From Candidatus Parcubacteria bacterium (GTDB lineage: Bacteria; Patescibacteriota; Microgenomatia; UBA12405), in contig JAEWUV010000002.1 in NCBI GenBank assembly GCA_023396915.1, positions 151,705-215,704 of the forward strand: DNA of 64,000 nucleotides. The letters run 5' to 3'. The notes under the pieces are model-generated. The model saw nothing but the letters and a program-made list of their open reading frames with translations. It was not told where the DNA came from and ran no database searches. Below are positions 29,906 through 39,200 of this stretch, in pieces (within the stretch, counting starts at the first letter, position 1; every line of letters begins with the position of its first letter). The translations under genes were made by a program, and so were the position numbers.

Positions 29906-30598
29906 ATGACCAAAGAAAAACATGAAATCAAAGCAGAAAATAGATCTGTTTTGGGTAGAAAAGTTAAAAAATTAAGAAAACAGGGTTTTATTCCAGCAAC
30001 TCTTTATGGAAAAGGGATTGAATCAAAATCAATTCAGTTTATCGCCGGTGAGTTGGAAAAGATGTTTGCTGAATTAGGTGAATCGACTTTGATAGAAATT
30101 AGTTTGGATGAAAAAGAAAAATTACCAATTCTTTTTAAAAATCCACAATATGACCCAGTTGAAGGGAATTTAATTCATATTGACTGCTATAAAGTTAATT
30201 TGAAAGAAAAGATTACCGCTATGGTACCGTTGGAATTTATTGGCGAATCTCAAGCTGTTAAAAACGGGAATATATTAGTAACTGTCACTGACGAGGTAGA
30301 AATTGAGGCTTTGCCAGCTGATCTTCCTGAAAAAATTGAGGTTGATTTGTCTGTCTTGGAAGAATTAGGTGCAGCTATTTTGGTTAAAGACTTAAAGATA
30401 GATACTTCAAAATTAACCATGGTAACAGACGGAGAACAATTAGTTACCAAGGTTGAAGAGCCTAAGGAAGAGGTCATAGAAGAAACTCCTGTTTCTCCTG
30501 AAGATGTGGAAGTTATCACCGAAAAGAAAGAGGGTGAGGAAGGCGAAGGCTCTGCTGAAAACTCTGGTGAAACAAAGGAAGAAAAGAAAGAAGAGTAA
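29906..30598 (+). CDS. rplY: Ribosomal protein bL25 / general stress protein Ctc
   Basis: LGRKVKKLRKQGFIPATLYGKG N-terminal L25 signature. The acidic C-terminal tail is typical of the Ctc form. Confidence 0.8.
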   Translation: MTKEKHEIKAENRSVLGRKVKKLRKQGFIPATLYGKGIESKSIQFIAGELEKMFAELGESTLIEISLDEKEKLPILFKNPQYDPVEGNLIHIDCYKVNLKEKITAMVPLEFIGESQAVKNGNILVTVTDEVEIEALPADLPEKIEVDLSVLEELGAAILVKDLKIDTSKLTMVTDGEQLVTKVEEPKEEVIEETPVSPEDVEVITEKKEGEEGEGSAENSGETKEEKKEE

Positions 30599-30600
30599 GA

Positions 30601-31047
30601 TTATTCTGAAACTAAATAAAAAAGCTTATCAATATCTGATCTAATAGGATCGAGTTGATGAGCTTTTTTGATGGAGTCGACAGCTTGCTGGTTTAATCCT
30701 AATAATGATTGATTTTTGGCAAGTTGAATATAATCATCAGCATTTTTTTGATTGTTAGTTTCAGCTTGGGCAATTTTTTTTTGGAGTTCTTGGGGTTGAT
30801 GATTGAGTTTATAATCGGCAACCTGATTTTGGTTTAATTTATCTTCTAAAATTATGGCATTATTCCAATCGCCATTTTGAACCAAAAGACGCCAAAAATC
30901 CAGACGACCAAGATAACTAGTGCTACCAATTAGACTGGAAAATTTAATTTTGGCTTGAGTATATTTGTCGGGACTTTTTTGGGAAAAGTAAAAATTAAGG
31001 CCGATTAGTAGGGTTAAAATTAGGATAATAGGCAGTTTTAGTTTCAT
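30601..31047 (-). CDS. Hypothetical secreted/membrane-anchored helical protein
   Basis: 148 aa with an N-terminal signal anchor. Confidence 0.4.
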   Translation of the reverse strand: MKLKLPIILILTLLIGLNFYFSQKSPDKYTQAKIKFSSLIGSTSYLGRLDFWRLLVQNGDWNNAIILEDKLNQNQVADYKLNHQPQELQKKIAQAETNNQKNADDYIQLAKNQSLLGLNQQAVDSIKKAHQLDPIRSDIDKLFYLVSE

Positions 31048-31100
31048 AAAAAAATCCCTCTCCCCTTCGGGGCTTCTCCCTTTGAAAAAAGGGAGACTTT
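31048..31100. repeat. Type B palindromic repeat
   Basis: AAAAAAATCCCTCTCCCCTTCGGGGCTTCTCCCTTTGAAAAAAGGGAGAC. Confidence 0.8.
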
Positions 31101-31107
31101 TATAAAG

Positions 31108-33429
31108 TTATTTTATATCAACCGGCCAGGAGGAAGAAATTAAAAGTTCTGATTTTAAATCATATTTTTTAATTAAGTCTTGGTAAACAGTTTCGGTGAT
31201 GAAAGGGATGAAAGGATGTAAAAGTTTTAGGGAAGTGATTAAAACAGTGAGTAAAACAGGAATAGTCTCTTCTCCCCTATCTTTGGCGTTTTCAATATAA
31301 ATATCACAGAATTCATGCCAGAAGAATTGGTAGAGATCTTCGGATGCTTGGCCAAAATGGTAGTTGTTTAGGTTTTTGGTAGTAGAAGTGATGAGTTTGT
31401 TGAGTTTGTTCAAGATATCTAAATCAACTTGAATCGAACCCTTCCCCGACCCTTCCCTTGACAGGGCAGGGAGATTTAATGTTGAAATTTTCAAATTTGG
31501 ATTATTTTCTTTTAATCTATCTATTAACATTTCAACAAAGCGGGAGGCGTTCCAAATTTTGTTAACAAAATTTCGTTGAGCGCGGATTTTATCTTCGGAA
31601 AGTGAAATATCAGACCCTGGAGCCACACCAATGACGAGAGCCATACGAAGAGCGTCGGCACCATATTGGTTAGACATAACTAAAGGATCGATAACATTTC
31701 CCTTACTTTTGGACATTTTTTGACCTTTACTATCGGTTACACGAGAGTGCATGTGAGCGACTTTGAAAGGAATTTGACCGGTAGTATAAAGACCGAACAT
31801 AATCATGCGAGCTACCCAGAAAAATAAAATATCCCACATAGTATCAAGCACTGTGGTGGGGTAAAAATATTCAAAATCAGGAGAATGATGCCCGGCAGGA
31901 TCCCAGCCTAAAGTGGAATAGGGCCATTGGCCAGAAGAAAACCAAGTATCAAAAGTATCGGTTTCTTGTAGAACATTTTGACTCTTTTTTTGAGCATCAG
32001 TTTCGGAAAGATAGAATTTGGAACCAACTGGAGCAATTAAAGATTGGAGGCCAGATTTAATTTCTTGATAAGAATATTTTTTGATTAAGTCAGACCACAA
32101 ACCAGTGACGGTTTCATTTTGAGAATTTATAAAAGTGATATTAATATCGGGAGTTTCGTCGAGATTGTACCAGGCAGGGATTTGATGACCCCAAACAATT
32201 TGACGAGAAATTGGCCAATCGCGAACATCTTTCATCCAAGTGAGATAAGATTTTTTGAAACGTTTAGGGAAAATTAAAATTTCGTCATTTTTAACTACTT
32301 CTTTGGCTTTGTCGGCAAGAGGTTTGATTTTAACAAACCATTGAGGTGCAGTAATTGGTTCAATAGGACGACCACATTTGTAACAATGACCAACTTCATG
32401 AGAATAGTCGACGATTTTTTCCATTAAACCAGCAGAAGTTAAATCATCAACAACCATTTGACGGACTTGGTTAGGATAAAAACCACGATATTTTTCGGGA
32501 ACATTTTGATTGGACTTACCATCGTAATCAAAAATGCGGACAAATTCCAAATTGAATTTTTTGCCCATGTCGTAATCTTCGGGAGAGTGACTTGGAGTAA
32601 CTTTGACAGCACCCGTACCAAATTTGGGGTCAATAGAATCTTCAAAGATAATCGGAATTTCTTTGTTAACTAAAGGCAATAAAAGTTTTTTACCAACAAG
32701 GTGAGAATAGCGTTTATCATTAGGATTGACAGCTACGGCGGTATCGCCCAACATGGTTTCGGGACGAGTAGTAGCGACAGTGATATATTGATTATCTTCC
32801 CCTACTATGGGGTATTTGAAATACCAAAGATGAGAAGCAACATTTTTGTGTTCAACTTCGAGATTAGAAAAAGCAGTACCACAAAAAGTACAATAGTTAA
32901 CAATTTTTTCATCACGATAAACCAAACCCTCGTTAACCATTCGATGGAAAACGGCATAAACCCGAGCGATATGATCAGGATCCATAGTGAATTTTTCGCG
33001 AGTCCAATCAAGAGAAAAACCGAGACGTTTCATTTGATTTTTGGCGACATCACGATTTTCGTTGACGTAATCAAAAATCATTTTAAACAAAGTTTGGCGG
33101 TCATAATCAAAACGGGATTTACCCTGTTTTTGGAGATATTTTTCGAAAACAAATTGAGTTTCAATACCAGCATGATCAGTACCAGGAAGCCAAAGAGTAG
33201 GGTCACCAAGCATACGATGGTAACGGGCCATAATATCTTCGACAGTAAATAAAGCATGACCAGCGTGAAGTGGATTGTTGGCGTTTGGTGGAGGGAGAAT
33301 TATAGTGAAAGGTTCTTTTTTAAGACGAGATTCTTTGGGATTTTCGGGGACTTTTGGAGTAAAGGCGCCAGAATTTTGCCAAAGGTCATAAATTTGGGCT
33401 TCGGATGCGGGGTTGTAAGCTTTATCCAT
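31108..33429 (-). CDS. valS: Valyl-tRNA synthetase with an in-frame repeat-derived insertion
   Basis: HAGHA (HIGH) motif, TGAVKVTPSHSPEDYDMG and KMSKSKGN. The C-terminal segment LPALSREGSGKG is encoded by a type A repeat (31435..31475). Confidence 0.85.
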   Translation of the reverse strand: MDKAYNPASEAQIYDLWQNSGAFTPKVPENPKESRLKKEPFTIILPPPNANNPLHAGHALFTVEDIMARYHRMLGDPTLWLPGTDHAGIETQFVFEKYLQKQGKSRFDYDRQTLFKMIFDYVNENRDVAKNQMKRLGFSLDWTREKFTMDPDHIARVYAVFHRMVNEGLVYRDEKIVNYCTFCGTAFSNLEVEHKNVASHLWYFKYPIVGEDNQYITVATTRPETMLGDTAVAVNPNDKRYSHLVGKKLLLPLVNKEIPIIFEDSIDPKFGTGAVKVTPSHSPEDYDMGKKFNLEFVRIFDYDGKSNQNVPEKYRGFYPNQVRQMVVDDLTSAGLMEKIVDYSHEVGHCYKCGRPIEPITAPQWFVKIKPLADKAKEVVKNDEILIFPKRFKKSYLTWMKDVRDWPISRQIVWGHQIPAWYNLDETPDINITFINSQNETVTGLWSDLIKKYSYQEIKSGLQSLIAPVGSKFYLSETDAQKKSQNVLQETDTFDTWFSSGQWPYSTLGWDPAGHHSPDFEYFYPTTVLDTMWDILFFWVARMIMFGLYTTGQIPFKVAHMHSRVTDSKGQKMSKSKGNVIDPLVMSNQYGADALRMALVIGVAPGSDISLSEDKIRAQRNFVNKIWNASRFVEMLIDRLKENNPNLKISTLNLPALSREGSGKGSIQVDLDILNKLNKLITSTTKNLNNYHFGQASEDLYQFFWHEFCDIYIENAKDRGEETIPVLLTVLITSLKLLHPFIPFITETVYQDLIKKYDLKSELLISSSWPVDIK
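31435..31475. repeat. Type A repeat inserted in frame inside valS
   Basis: GAACCCTTCCCCGACCCTTCCCTTGACAGGGCAGGGAGA. Confidence 0.8.
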
Positions 33430-33474
33430 GGAAGTATTTTAACATCAAAATCTATCTAAATCTCCAGATTATTT

Positions 33475-34500
33475 TTAATTTGTTGTACTTTTTGTCTTTA
33501 TTGCTGAAATTATCGTCTCTCGTGAATAAGGTAAGGCATAGTTTTCTGCTACATTTCCACTATATAAGTGTAATCTGGCATCAAATAAAGACATAGTGTT
33601 ACTGCTCTTTTCAATTTTACTGCCGATAGATCTAAATATTCCTGATAAATCAACTTTGTTTTCATGGGTTTGATTATAACTGTTGATAGAATTCCATAGT
33701 TGGTTAACTTTTGCTAAATGCATTACAGAAATTTTTTGTGCTATTTTCTGGTCTTCAATGCTACCTAATCTTCCCCAGTATTCAGCAAAACGTTCACTAG
33801 GTTTTTCGTAGTTATTTTCACCCCAAGTTTTGTCAAAAGGAATGGTACTAGAAATATTGTCGAGAGCATAATCAATTTTATGACCGAGCTCATGACTCAT
33901 AGTTGATTTTATGTAGGCAGAAATAATTTGTTCAATTGGAATTGAATCTCCATAGACGCGTATATAATCAAGAGCATTTCTAACTATTTGTAACTGACTA
34001 ACAGAGACTCCTTCATTTGTTGGAAATGAAACACCAGGGCTGTCAGTAACAACGATGTCCATATTGGCGATTTTGGAAATTTTTTCTGAACTTATACCTA
34101 ACAAGGCCATTTCTTGACAAACATTAGTTTGTACTTGTTTTACATCGTCTGGGGTAAAAATATTCTCCCAATTTAATGACCTAGAATAATCTCGGACTTG
34201 ATCTAGATATTGAGCAACTTGTTCTGGAATATTTTCGTCAGCAAATGCTTCTGAGATTTGATCGGGTGAGGCTACCCCGTCTTGGATTTTCATTCTAATA
34301 AAATCTTCAATAATAGAAGACCCAAGTAAAGGTATCTCGGTGGGTAAAGATTCTTTGGCGATAACTTCTTCTGAAATTTTTGAGTCAACAGGTCTTTCGT
34401 ATAACGGAATTAAATGTGTAGCGTTTATAATTATTCGATGTCTTTCTGTTTTAGTAGTAGGATTACCTGTTGGTTTATGCACTTCATTAGATTCACTCAT
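33475..34500 (-). CDS. Hypothetical protein with HExxH zinc-metallopeptidase-like motif
   Basis: TMSHELGHKIDY plus a downstream Glu (ERFAEYWG). Gluzincin-like pattern only. Confidence 0.35.
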   Translation of the reverse strand: MSESNEVHKPTGNPTTKTERHRIIINATHLIPLYERPVDSKISEEVIAKESLPTEIPLLGSSIIEDFIRMKIQDGVASPDQISEAFADENIPEQVAQYLDQVRDYSRSLNWENIFTPDDVKQVQTNVCQEMALLGISSEKISKIANMDIVVTDSPGVSFPTNEGVSVSQLQIVRNALDYIRVYGDSIPIEQIISAYIKSTMSHELGHKIDYALDNISSTIPFDKTWGENNYEKPSERFAEYWGRLGSIEDQKIAQKISVMHLAKVNQLWNSINSYNQTHENKVDLSGIFRSIGSKIEKSSNTMSLFDARLHLYSGNVAENYALPYSRETIISAIKTKSTTN

Positions 34501-34586
34501 ATGTTTCTTATATTAATATCTTACACTATGTGCAGTTTAAGTTTGAATAACTTTTTTGAAAAAATTATGGTGATAAAATTAGGAAT

Positions 34587-35273
34587 ATGACTCGAGAAGA
34601 AGTTTATAAGCTCCATCAAAAATATGCTGTGGGAAAAGATCAACAAAAATTATTAGATTTAGTGTGGGGACATAGTTTGGTAGTGAAGGATATTGCCCTA
34701 CAATTGGCGGATAATTTAATTAAAAATGGAACTAGAATTAATAGAGAATTAGTGGAGATTGGAGCATTGATACACGATATTGGTTGTTATGATTATTATA
34801 AAAAAAATGGTGATATGCCATATATCTTACATGGCGTAAGAGGTTATGAAATTTTGAAAGATGAAGGAATTGATGAAGAAATTGCCAGAATGACAATAGT
34901 TCACTTGGGGGTAGGAATAGTAGAAGAAAATGTAATAGCTAATAATTTACCACTGGAGCACAAAGATTATATTCCAATAACGTTAGAAGAAGAATTAGTA
35001 GCATATGCCGATAATTTTCATTCAAAATCAGGACCAAAATTTGATAGTTTTGAACATTCTAAAGAAAAATTAGCGAGATTATGGCCGGAATCAGTGGTAG
35101 TTTTTGAAAGATTTAGAAAAAAATTTGGTGAACCGGATTTAAAGAAAATGGAAAAGAAATATGAGAAATGGCAGAGGGAGATGGAAGAGAAGATAAAGAC
35201 AAAATCCCCTTCCCCTTCGGGGCTTTCCCCTTTGATGAAAGGGGAACTTAAAACAAAACCCCTCTGTCAATAA
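34587..35273 (+). CDS. HD-domain phosphohydrolase; C-terminus runs into a repeat element
   Basis: H...HDIG pattern (GALIHDIGCYDYY). The last about 25 aa are translated from type B repeat sequence. Confidence 0.6.
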   Translation: MTREEVYKLHQKYAVGKDQQKLLDLVWGHSLVVKDIALQLADNLIKNGTRINRELVEIGALIHDIGCYDYYKKNGDMPYILHGVRGYEILKDEGIDEEIARMTIVHLGVGIVEENVIANNLPLEHKDYIPITLEEELVAYADNFHSKSGPKFDSFEHSKEKLARLWPESVVVFERFRKKFGEPDLKKMEKKYEKWQREMEEKIKTKSPSPSGLSPLMKGELKTKPLCQ

Positions 35274-35309
35274 AATTGACATCTCCCCTTAAAAAAGGGA
35301 GAAATCTTT
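35200..35309. repeat. Type B + type C palindromic repeats
   Basis: AAAATCCCCTTCCCCTTCGGGGCTTTCCCCTTTGATGAAAGGGGAA ... CTCTGTCAATAAAATTGACATCTCCCCTTAAAAAAGGGAGAAA. Confidence 0.8.
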
Positions 35310-35319
35310 AAGTAAAACC

Positions 35320-36435
35320 ATGAAAATAATAAATATTAAAAACAATAAGGCTATAGAAAAAACGGTGGAGGTGATAAAGAGTGGTGGGTTGGTGGTGTTT
35401 CCAACGGATACGGTTTATGGATTAATGGTAGATCCGACTAACAAAAAAGCAGTGGAAAAACTGTTAAATTTTAAAAATAGGTGGACTGGAAAGGCAATTT
35501 CGGTAGCAGTTTTGGATAAAAAAATGGCTATGGAATACGTAAAATTAAGTAAAAACGACGAAAATATTTATTCAACTTTACTGCCGGGGCCTTTTACAAT
35601 AATTAATAACGGGAAACATAAGGTAGTAAATGGTATAGAGGCGGAAAATGGGACTTTGGGAATTAGAATCCCTGACAATAAATATATTACGGATTTAGTA
35701 AAAATTTTAAAAAAACCGGTAACGGCAACATCGGCTAATTTGGCGGGGAGAAAACCAAATTATTCAATAGAGGGATTTTTAAAATCATTGTCGAAGAAAA
35801 AAAGAGACATGATTGACTTGATTGTGGATGCGGGTAAATTACCCAGAAACAAACCGTCGACAGTGATAGATTTAACTGGATCTGAAATTAAAGTTTTAAG
35901 ACGGGGCGATTTAATCACTGGAAAAACAAATAGTTTAATTAGTAAATCAGAACGAGAAACAGAGAAAATCGCGGAGTTTATATTACGTAAATCAAACCCT
36001 TCCCAAACCCTTCCCTTGACAGGGCAGGGCTTAAATAAAAAGCCGCTGGTGTTTTTGTTATCGGGCGACCTTGGTTGTGGAAAAACAGTTTTTAGCCGAA
36101 AAATAGGTAGATTATTAGGAGTAGAAGAGAAAATCACCTCCCCTACTTTTGTAATTTATAACGAATACAAAACCCTAACCCCCTGCCCCTTTCCCTTGAC
36201 AGGGCAAGGGGAGAAAATGATGAAATTTCTACACATGGATTTGTATAAAATTACGTCAGAGAAGGATTTGGAAGAAATAAAATTTTTGGATTTGTTTGAA
36301 AAAAATACTATTAGTTGTATTGAATGGCCGGAAAATATGGGAGAAAAATACTTAAAAAAGTTAAATAAAATAGCTAAAACAGTAACAGTGAATTTTGGGT
36401 ATGTGGATGAAAAGACAAGAGAGATAAGATATTAA
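35320..36435 (+). CDS. Fusion protein: TsaC/YrdC/Sua5-type threonylcarbamoyl-AMP synthase domain + TsaE (YjeE) P-loop domain, with two in-frame repeat insertions
   Basis: N-terminal VVFPTDTVYGL (YrdC). C-terminal LSGDLGCGKTVFSRK...SPTFVIYNEY...HMDLYK (TsaE). Segments SNPSQTLPLTGQGL and LTPCPFPLTGQGEK are encoded by type A repeats. Confidence 0.7.
   Translation: MKIINIKNNKAIEKTVEVIKSGGLVVFPTDTVYGLMVDPTNKKAVEKLLNFKNRWTGKAISVAVLDKKMAMEYVKLSKNDENIYSTLLPGPFTIINNGKHKVVNGIEAENGTLGIRIPDNKYITDLVKILKKPVTATSANLAGRKPNYSIEGFLKSLSKKKRDMIDLIVDAGKLPRNKPSTVIDLTGSEIKVLRRGDLITGKTNSLISKSERETEKIAEFILRKSNPSQTLPLTGQGLNKKPLVFLLSGDLGCGKTVFSRKIGRLLGVEEKITSPTFVIYNEYKTLTPCPFPLTGQGEKMMKFLHMDLYKITSEKDLEEIKFLDLFEKNTISCIEWPENMGEKYLKKLNKIAKTVTVNFGYVDEKTREIRY
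35994..36034. repeat. Type A repeat in frame inside the tsaC-tsaE fusion gene (domain linker)
   Basis: AAACCCTTCCCAAACCCTTCCCTTGACAGGGCAGGGC. Confidence 0.8.
36170..36212. repeat. Type A repeat in frame inside the TsaE domain
   Basis: AAACCCTAACCCCCTGCCCCTTTCCCTTGACAGGGCAAGGGG. Confidence 0.8.
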
Positions 36436-36437
36436 GA

Positions 36438-36488
36438 CAAAATCCCCTTCGGCTACGCCGCTTTCCCCTTTGACGAAAGGGGAACTTT
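36438..36488. repeat. Type B palindromic repeat
   Basis: AAAATCCCCTTCGGCTACGCCGCTTTCCCCTTTGACGAAAGGGGAAC. Confidence 0.8.
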
Positions 36489-36905
36489 TTAAATTTTTAA
36501 ATTAGGTAATTTTTTTATAGCGATTACTTCAATTTCAATATCACAGCCTTCTTTGACTGTTTTACTTATCTCGACCAAAGTACTTACAGGTTTAGAAGTG
36601 GCAAAATATTTATTTCTAATTGTAGAAATATCTTTGAATTTGGAAATATCGGTGACATAGATAACCGCTTTAACAACATCGTCCAGAGACGAATTAGCTG
36701 ACTGTAAAATTTTTTGAATATTTTGGAATACAAATTCGGTTTGTTTAGTAATATCGTCAGGAGCAACTGCGTTGCCATTTTGGTCCATGGCAATCTGACC
36801 GGTAACAAAAATCATTTTTGAGTCACCAACATCAACCTCTATTCCATGAGAATAAGATCCCATTATTTGGGTAAAATTGTCTGGATTAATTATCTTCTTA
36901 TCCAT
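36489..36905 (-). CDS. RidA/YjgF/TdcF-family protein (start moved to an internal Met)
   Basis: C-terminal 138 aa match the RidA family (FVTGQIAMD...VKAVIYVTDI...IEVIAIK). The listed 80-aa N-terminal extension overlaps the upstream gene and looks non-coding. Confidence 0.6.
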   Translation of the reverse strand: MDKKIINPDNFTQIMGSYSHGIEVDVGDSKMIFVTGQIAMDQNGNAVAPDDITKQTEFVFQNIQKILQSANSSLDDVVKAVIYVTDISKFKDISTIRNKYFATSKPVSTLVEISKTVKEGCDIEIEVIAIKKLPNLKI

Positions 36906-36912
36906 TAATAGA

Positions 36913-37608
36913 TTATAAAAGTTTGAAGGAAGAGACGAAGGCTTCGCATTCGGTTTTGACAGCGGCGACACCGTTGTGAACACATTGGAGGGTATAGTTT
37001 TTGGTACTGGATTGCAGGTCAACAATAGTTTGAGTAGTAATATCGTATCTAAAAGTAGGTTGGCCGGAAACCGTAAAATCAGTGCTAAACTGACGATTCG
37101 GATGAGTCCAAGACCAAGTACCAGAGGGGCTAACGTGAACGGCAAAATTACCTACAGATGAGGAAAAGGTGTAACGATTACCACTGGTTTCAGTGTCTTG
37201 AGTAAAAACCCGTGAGGATGAATAAGAAATAGAAAAAGCATCGGTAGAATTGGTATACGTTTTTAAATTGCCGGTTGTGCTGGTAATGGTAGGAATAGCA
37301 GTTGGAGTTTTAGTGGGAGTAGTAGTCAGGGTTTTGGTTGGGGTGATAGTAGTTTTTAGAGCTGAAGCGGTGGCAGTCGGAGTAAGGCTAATTTTGGCCG
37401 AAGATGATGATTCTCCCAAACTGGTAGTTGCAACTGTTTCATTAGTAACAACGTCAGTGGGTATTAGTTCGATTTTTGGGGTAGTTTTAGTCGTATAAGT
37501 TGTTTGATTAACGGACTGAAAATTTTGAAGGAGGAAATATCCACCAATTGCTGATAAAATCAGCAAGATTATGGATAGTATTAGATACGTGCTGTTTTTA
37601 GTTTCCAT
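36913..37608 (-). CDS. Membrane-anchored Thr/Pro-rich surface protein
   Basis: 231 aa with an N-terminal signal anchor, a TPTKTLTTTPTKTP linker and a beta-rich C-terminal domain. Confidence 0.45.
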   Translation of the reverse strand: METKNSTYLILSIILLILSAIGGYFLLQNFQSVNQTTYTTKTTPKIELIPTDVVTNETVATTSLGESSSSAKISLTPTATASALKTTITPTKTLTTTPTKTPTAIPTITSTTGNLKTYTNSTDAFSISYSSSRVFTQDTETSGNRYTFSSSVGNFAVHVSPSGTWSWTHPNRQFSTDFTVSGQPTFRYDITTQTIVDLQSSTKNYTLQCVHNGVAAVKTECEAFVSSFKLL

Positions 37609-37634
37609 AATTTACATTTTAATAATACAGTTTT

Positions 37635-38777
37635 ATGAAAATATTGGCAATAGAAACCAGTTGTGATGACACTTGTGCGGCAGTATTGGAGAATGATAGG
37701 GTTTTGTCAAACATAATTTCTTCACAAATTGATTTGCACGCCAAATGGGGCGGAGTAGTGCCGGATATAGCCAAAAGGGCACATCAATCGCGAATCAATA
37801 CTGTTATAGCTGAAGCATTGAAAAGATCAAAACCCTTCCCCAACCCTTCCCTTGACAGGGCAGGGAGAAAACTGTCGCCTGAAGAAATAATTGAGAAAGA
37901 AATTAAAAATATTGATGTGATTGGGGTGACACAGGGCCCGGGGCTGGCAATTGCGCTAGGGATTGGAGTAAATAAAGCCAAAGAATTGGCTAAAAAATAC
38001 AATAAAAAATTAGTGGCTGTAAATCATATTGAAGGTCATGTAATGGCAAATTTAGTCAAAAATAAAGCAGGAAAACCGGAAAGAAAAATGGAGTTCCCAG
38101 CCTTGGCACTGACAGTATCTGGGGGACATTCAAAAATTATTTTAATAACAAACCCCTCAGTCCTTCGGACAGCTCCCCTTGATGAAAGGGAGCCATCTTT
38201 AGGACAAAAGTTAATTTATACGGTTGTTGGGGAGACATTGGATGATGCGGCTGGGGAAGCATTGGATAAAGCGGCAAAATTACTGGGATTGGGTTATCCG
38301 GGTGGACCAATAATTGAAAGATTAGCAAAAGGTGGAGATGTTAATTTTTTGGATCTCCCCCATCCATTAGCTAACAAAAAAATATTGGATTATAGTTTTT
38401 CCGGATTAAAAACCAGTTTTTATTATAAAGTGAAGGATTGGCCAGCCGAAAAAATTTATAAAAACTTAAATAATTTAGCGGCGACGTTTCAAAATGCGGT
38501 TTTTGAAACACTTTTGAGAAAATACAAGCTGGCCATAGAAAAATATCGGCCAAAATTATTACTAGCCAGTGGTGGAGTTTTGTCTAATTTGGAATTACGG
38601 AAAAGACTTAGAAAATTGGCAAAAGAAATGGGTTTACCAATTTATATGCCATTTGCTAAGAATTTAAATACTGATAATGCGGCGATGATTGGAATAGTTG
38701 CTTACCAAAAAGCAGAAAGAGGTGAATTTGTGGAAAATATCGATAAATTAGATAGGGACCCAAGACTTCCGTTTTAA
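37635..38777 (+). CDS. tsaD: tRNA N6-adenosine threonylcarbamoyltransferase TsaD with two in-frame repeat insertions
   Basis: MKILAIETSCDDTCAAVL, VSGGHS, GETLDDAAGEALDKAAKLLGLGYPGGP. Extra segments KPFPNPSLDRAGRK and NPSVLRTAPLDEREPSLG are encoded by type A and B' repeats. Confidence 0.85.
   Translation: MKILAIETSCDDTCAAVLENDRVLSNIISSQIDLHAKWGGVVPDIAKRAHQSRINTVIAEALKRSKPFPNPSLDRAGRKLSPEEIIEKEIKNIDVIGVTQGPGLAIALGIGVNKAKELAKKYNKKLVAVNHIEGHVMANLVKNKAGKPERKMEFPALALTVSGGHSKIILITNPSVLRTAPLDEREPSLGQKLIYTVVGETLDDAAGEALDKAAKLLGLGYPGGPIIERLAKGGDVNFLDLPHPLANKKILDYSFSGLKTSFYYKVKDWPAEKIYKNLNNLAATFQNAVFETLLRKYKLAIEKYRPKLLLASGGVLSNLELRKRLRKLAKEMGLPIYMPFAKNLNTDNAAMIGIVAYQKAERGEFVENIDKLDRDPRLPF
37829..37868. 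repeat. Type A repeat in frame inside tsaD
   Basis: AAAACCCTTCCCCAACCCTTCCCTTGACAGGGCAGGGAG. Confidence 0.8.
38151..38193. repeat. Type B' repeat in frame inside tsaD
   Basis: AACCCCTCAGTCCTTCGGACAGCTCCCCTTGATGAAAGGGAG. Confidence 0.8.
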
Positions 38778-38808
38778 TTACTAATTACGAATTATTAATT
38801 ACTAATTT
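38775..38808. repeat. AT-rich terminal repeat, left (2 x TTAATTACTAATT)
   Basis: TTAATTACTAATT appears at 38775-38787 and again at 38795-38807. It is the perfect reverse complement of 39188-39200. Confidence 0.75.
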
Positions 38809-38833
38809 TTAGTAAAAGTAAGATAATTAATTA

Positions 38834-39181
38834 GTGAAGAAAAATATAATCCAAGAAAAAAGTTTTTGTTTTGCTTTGAGAATAGTTAAACTTTATAAAT
38901 ATCTTAAAGAGAATAAAAAAGAATATATTTTATCTAAACAATTATTAAGAAGTGGAACGTCAATTGGAGCTAATGTTGAGGAAGCTATTGGGGGTCAATC
39001 GAAAAATGATTTTGTTTCAAAAATTTCAATAGCTTATAAAGAATCACGAGAAACTTTATATTGGATAAAACTTTTAAAAGAGAGTGATTATTTAAATTTA
39101 AAACAAGCAGAATCAATGACTAATGATTGTGAAGAAATTATCAAAATAATTACAAAAATTCAAAAAACGATGAAATTTTAA
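38834..39181 (+). CDS. Four-helix-bundle protein (TIGR02436; 23S rRNA intervening-sequence protein family)
   Basis: 115 aa with ...LLRSGTSIGANVEEAIGG...SRETLYWIKLL motifs typical of this family. Confidence 0.7.
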   Translation: MKKNIIQEKSFCFALRIVKLYKYLKENKKEYILSKQLLRSGTSIGANVEEAIGGQSKNDFVSKISIAYKESRETLYWIKLLKESDYLNLKQAESMTNDCEEIIKIITKIQKTMKF

Positions 39182-39187
39182 TTATTA

Positions 39188-39200
39188 ATTAGTAATTAAT
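39188..39200. repeat. AT-rich terminal inverted repeat, right (AATTAGTAATTAA)
   Basis: Exact reverse complement of TTAATTACTAATT at 38775/38795. Confidence 0.75.

Noticed and set aside
36906-37145. 80-aa N-terminal extension of the RidA ORF, and the overlap between 6526..7368 and 7226..8206
   Set aside because: The extensions are hydrophobic, low-complexity read-through overlapping the upstream genes. Internal Met starts give non-overlapping, family-consistent proteins.
38834-39181. Four-helix-bundle gene as evidence of a 23S rRNA intervening sequence here
   Set aside because: No rRNA sequence flanks it. It lies between two protein-coding genes, so I report it as an inverted-repeat-flanked cassette instead.
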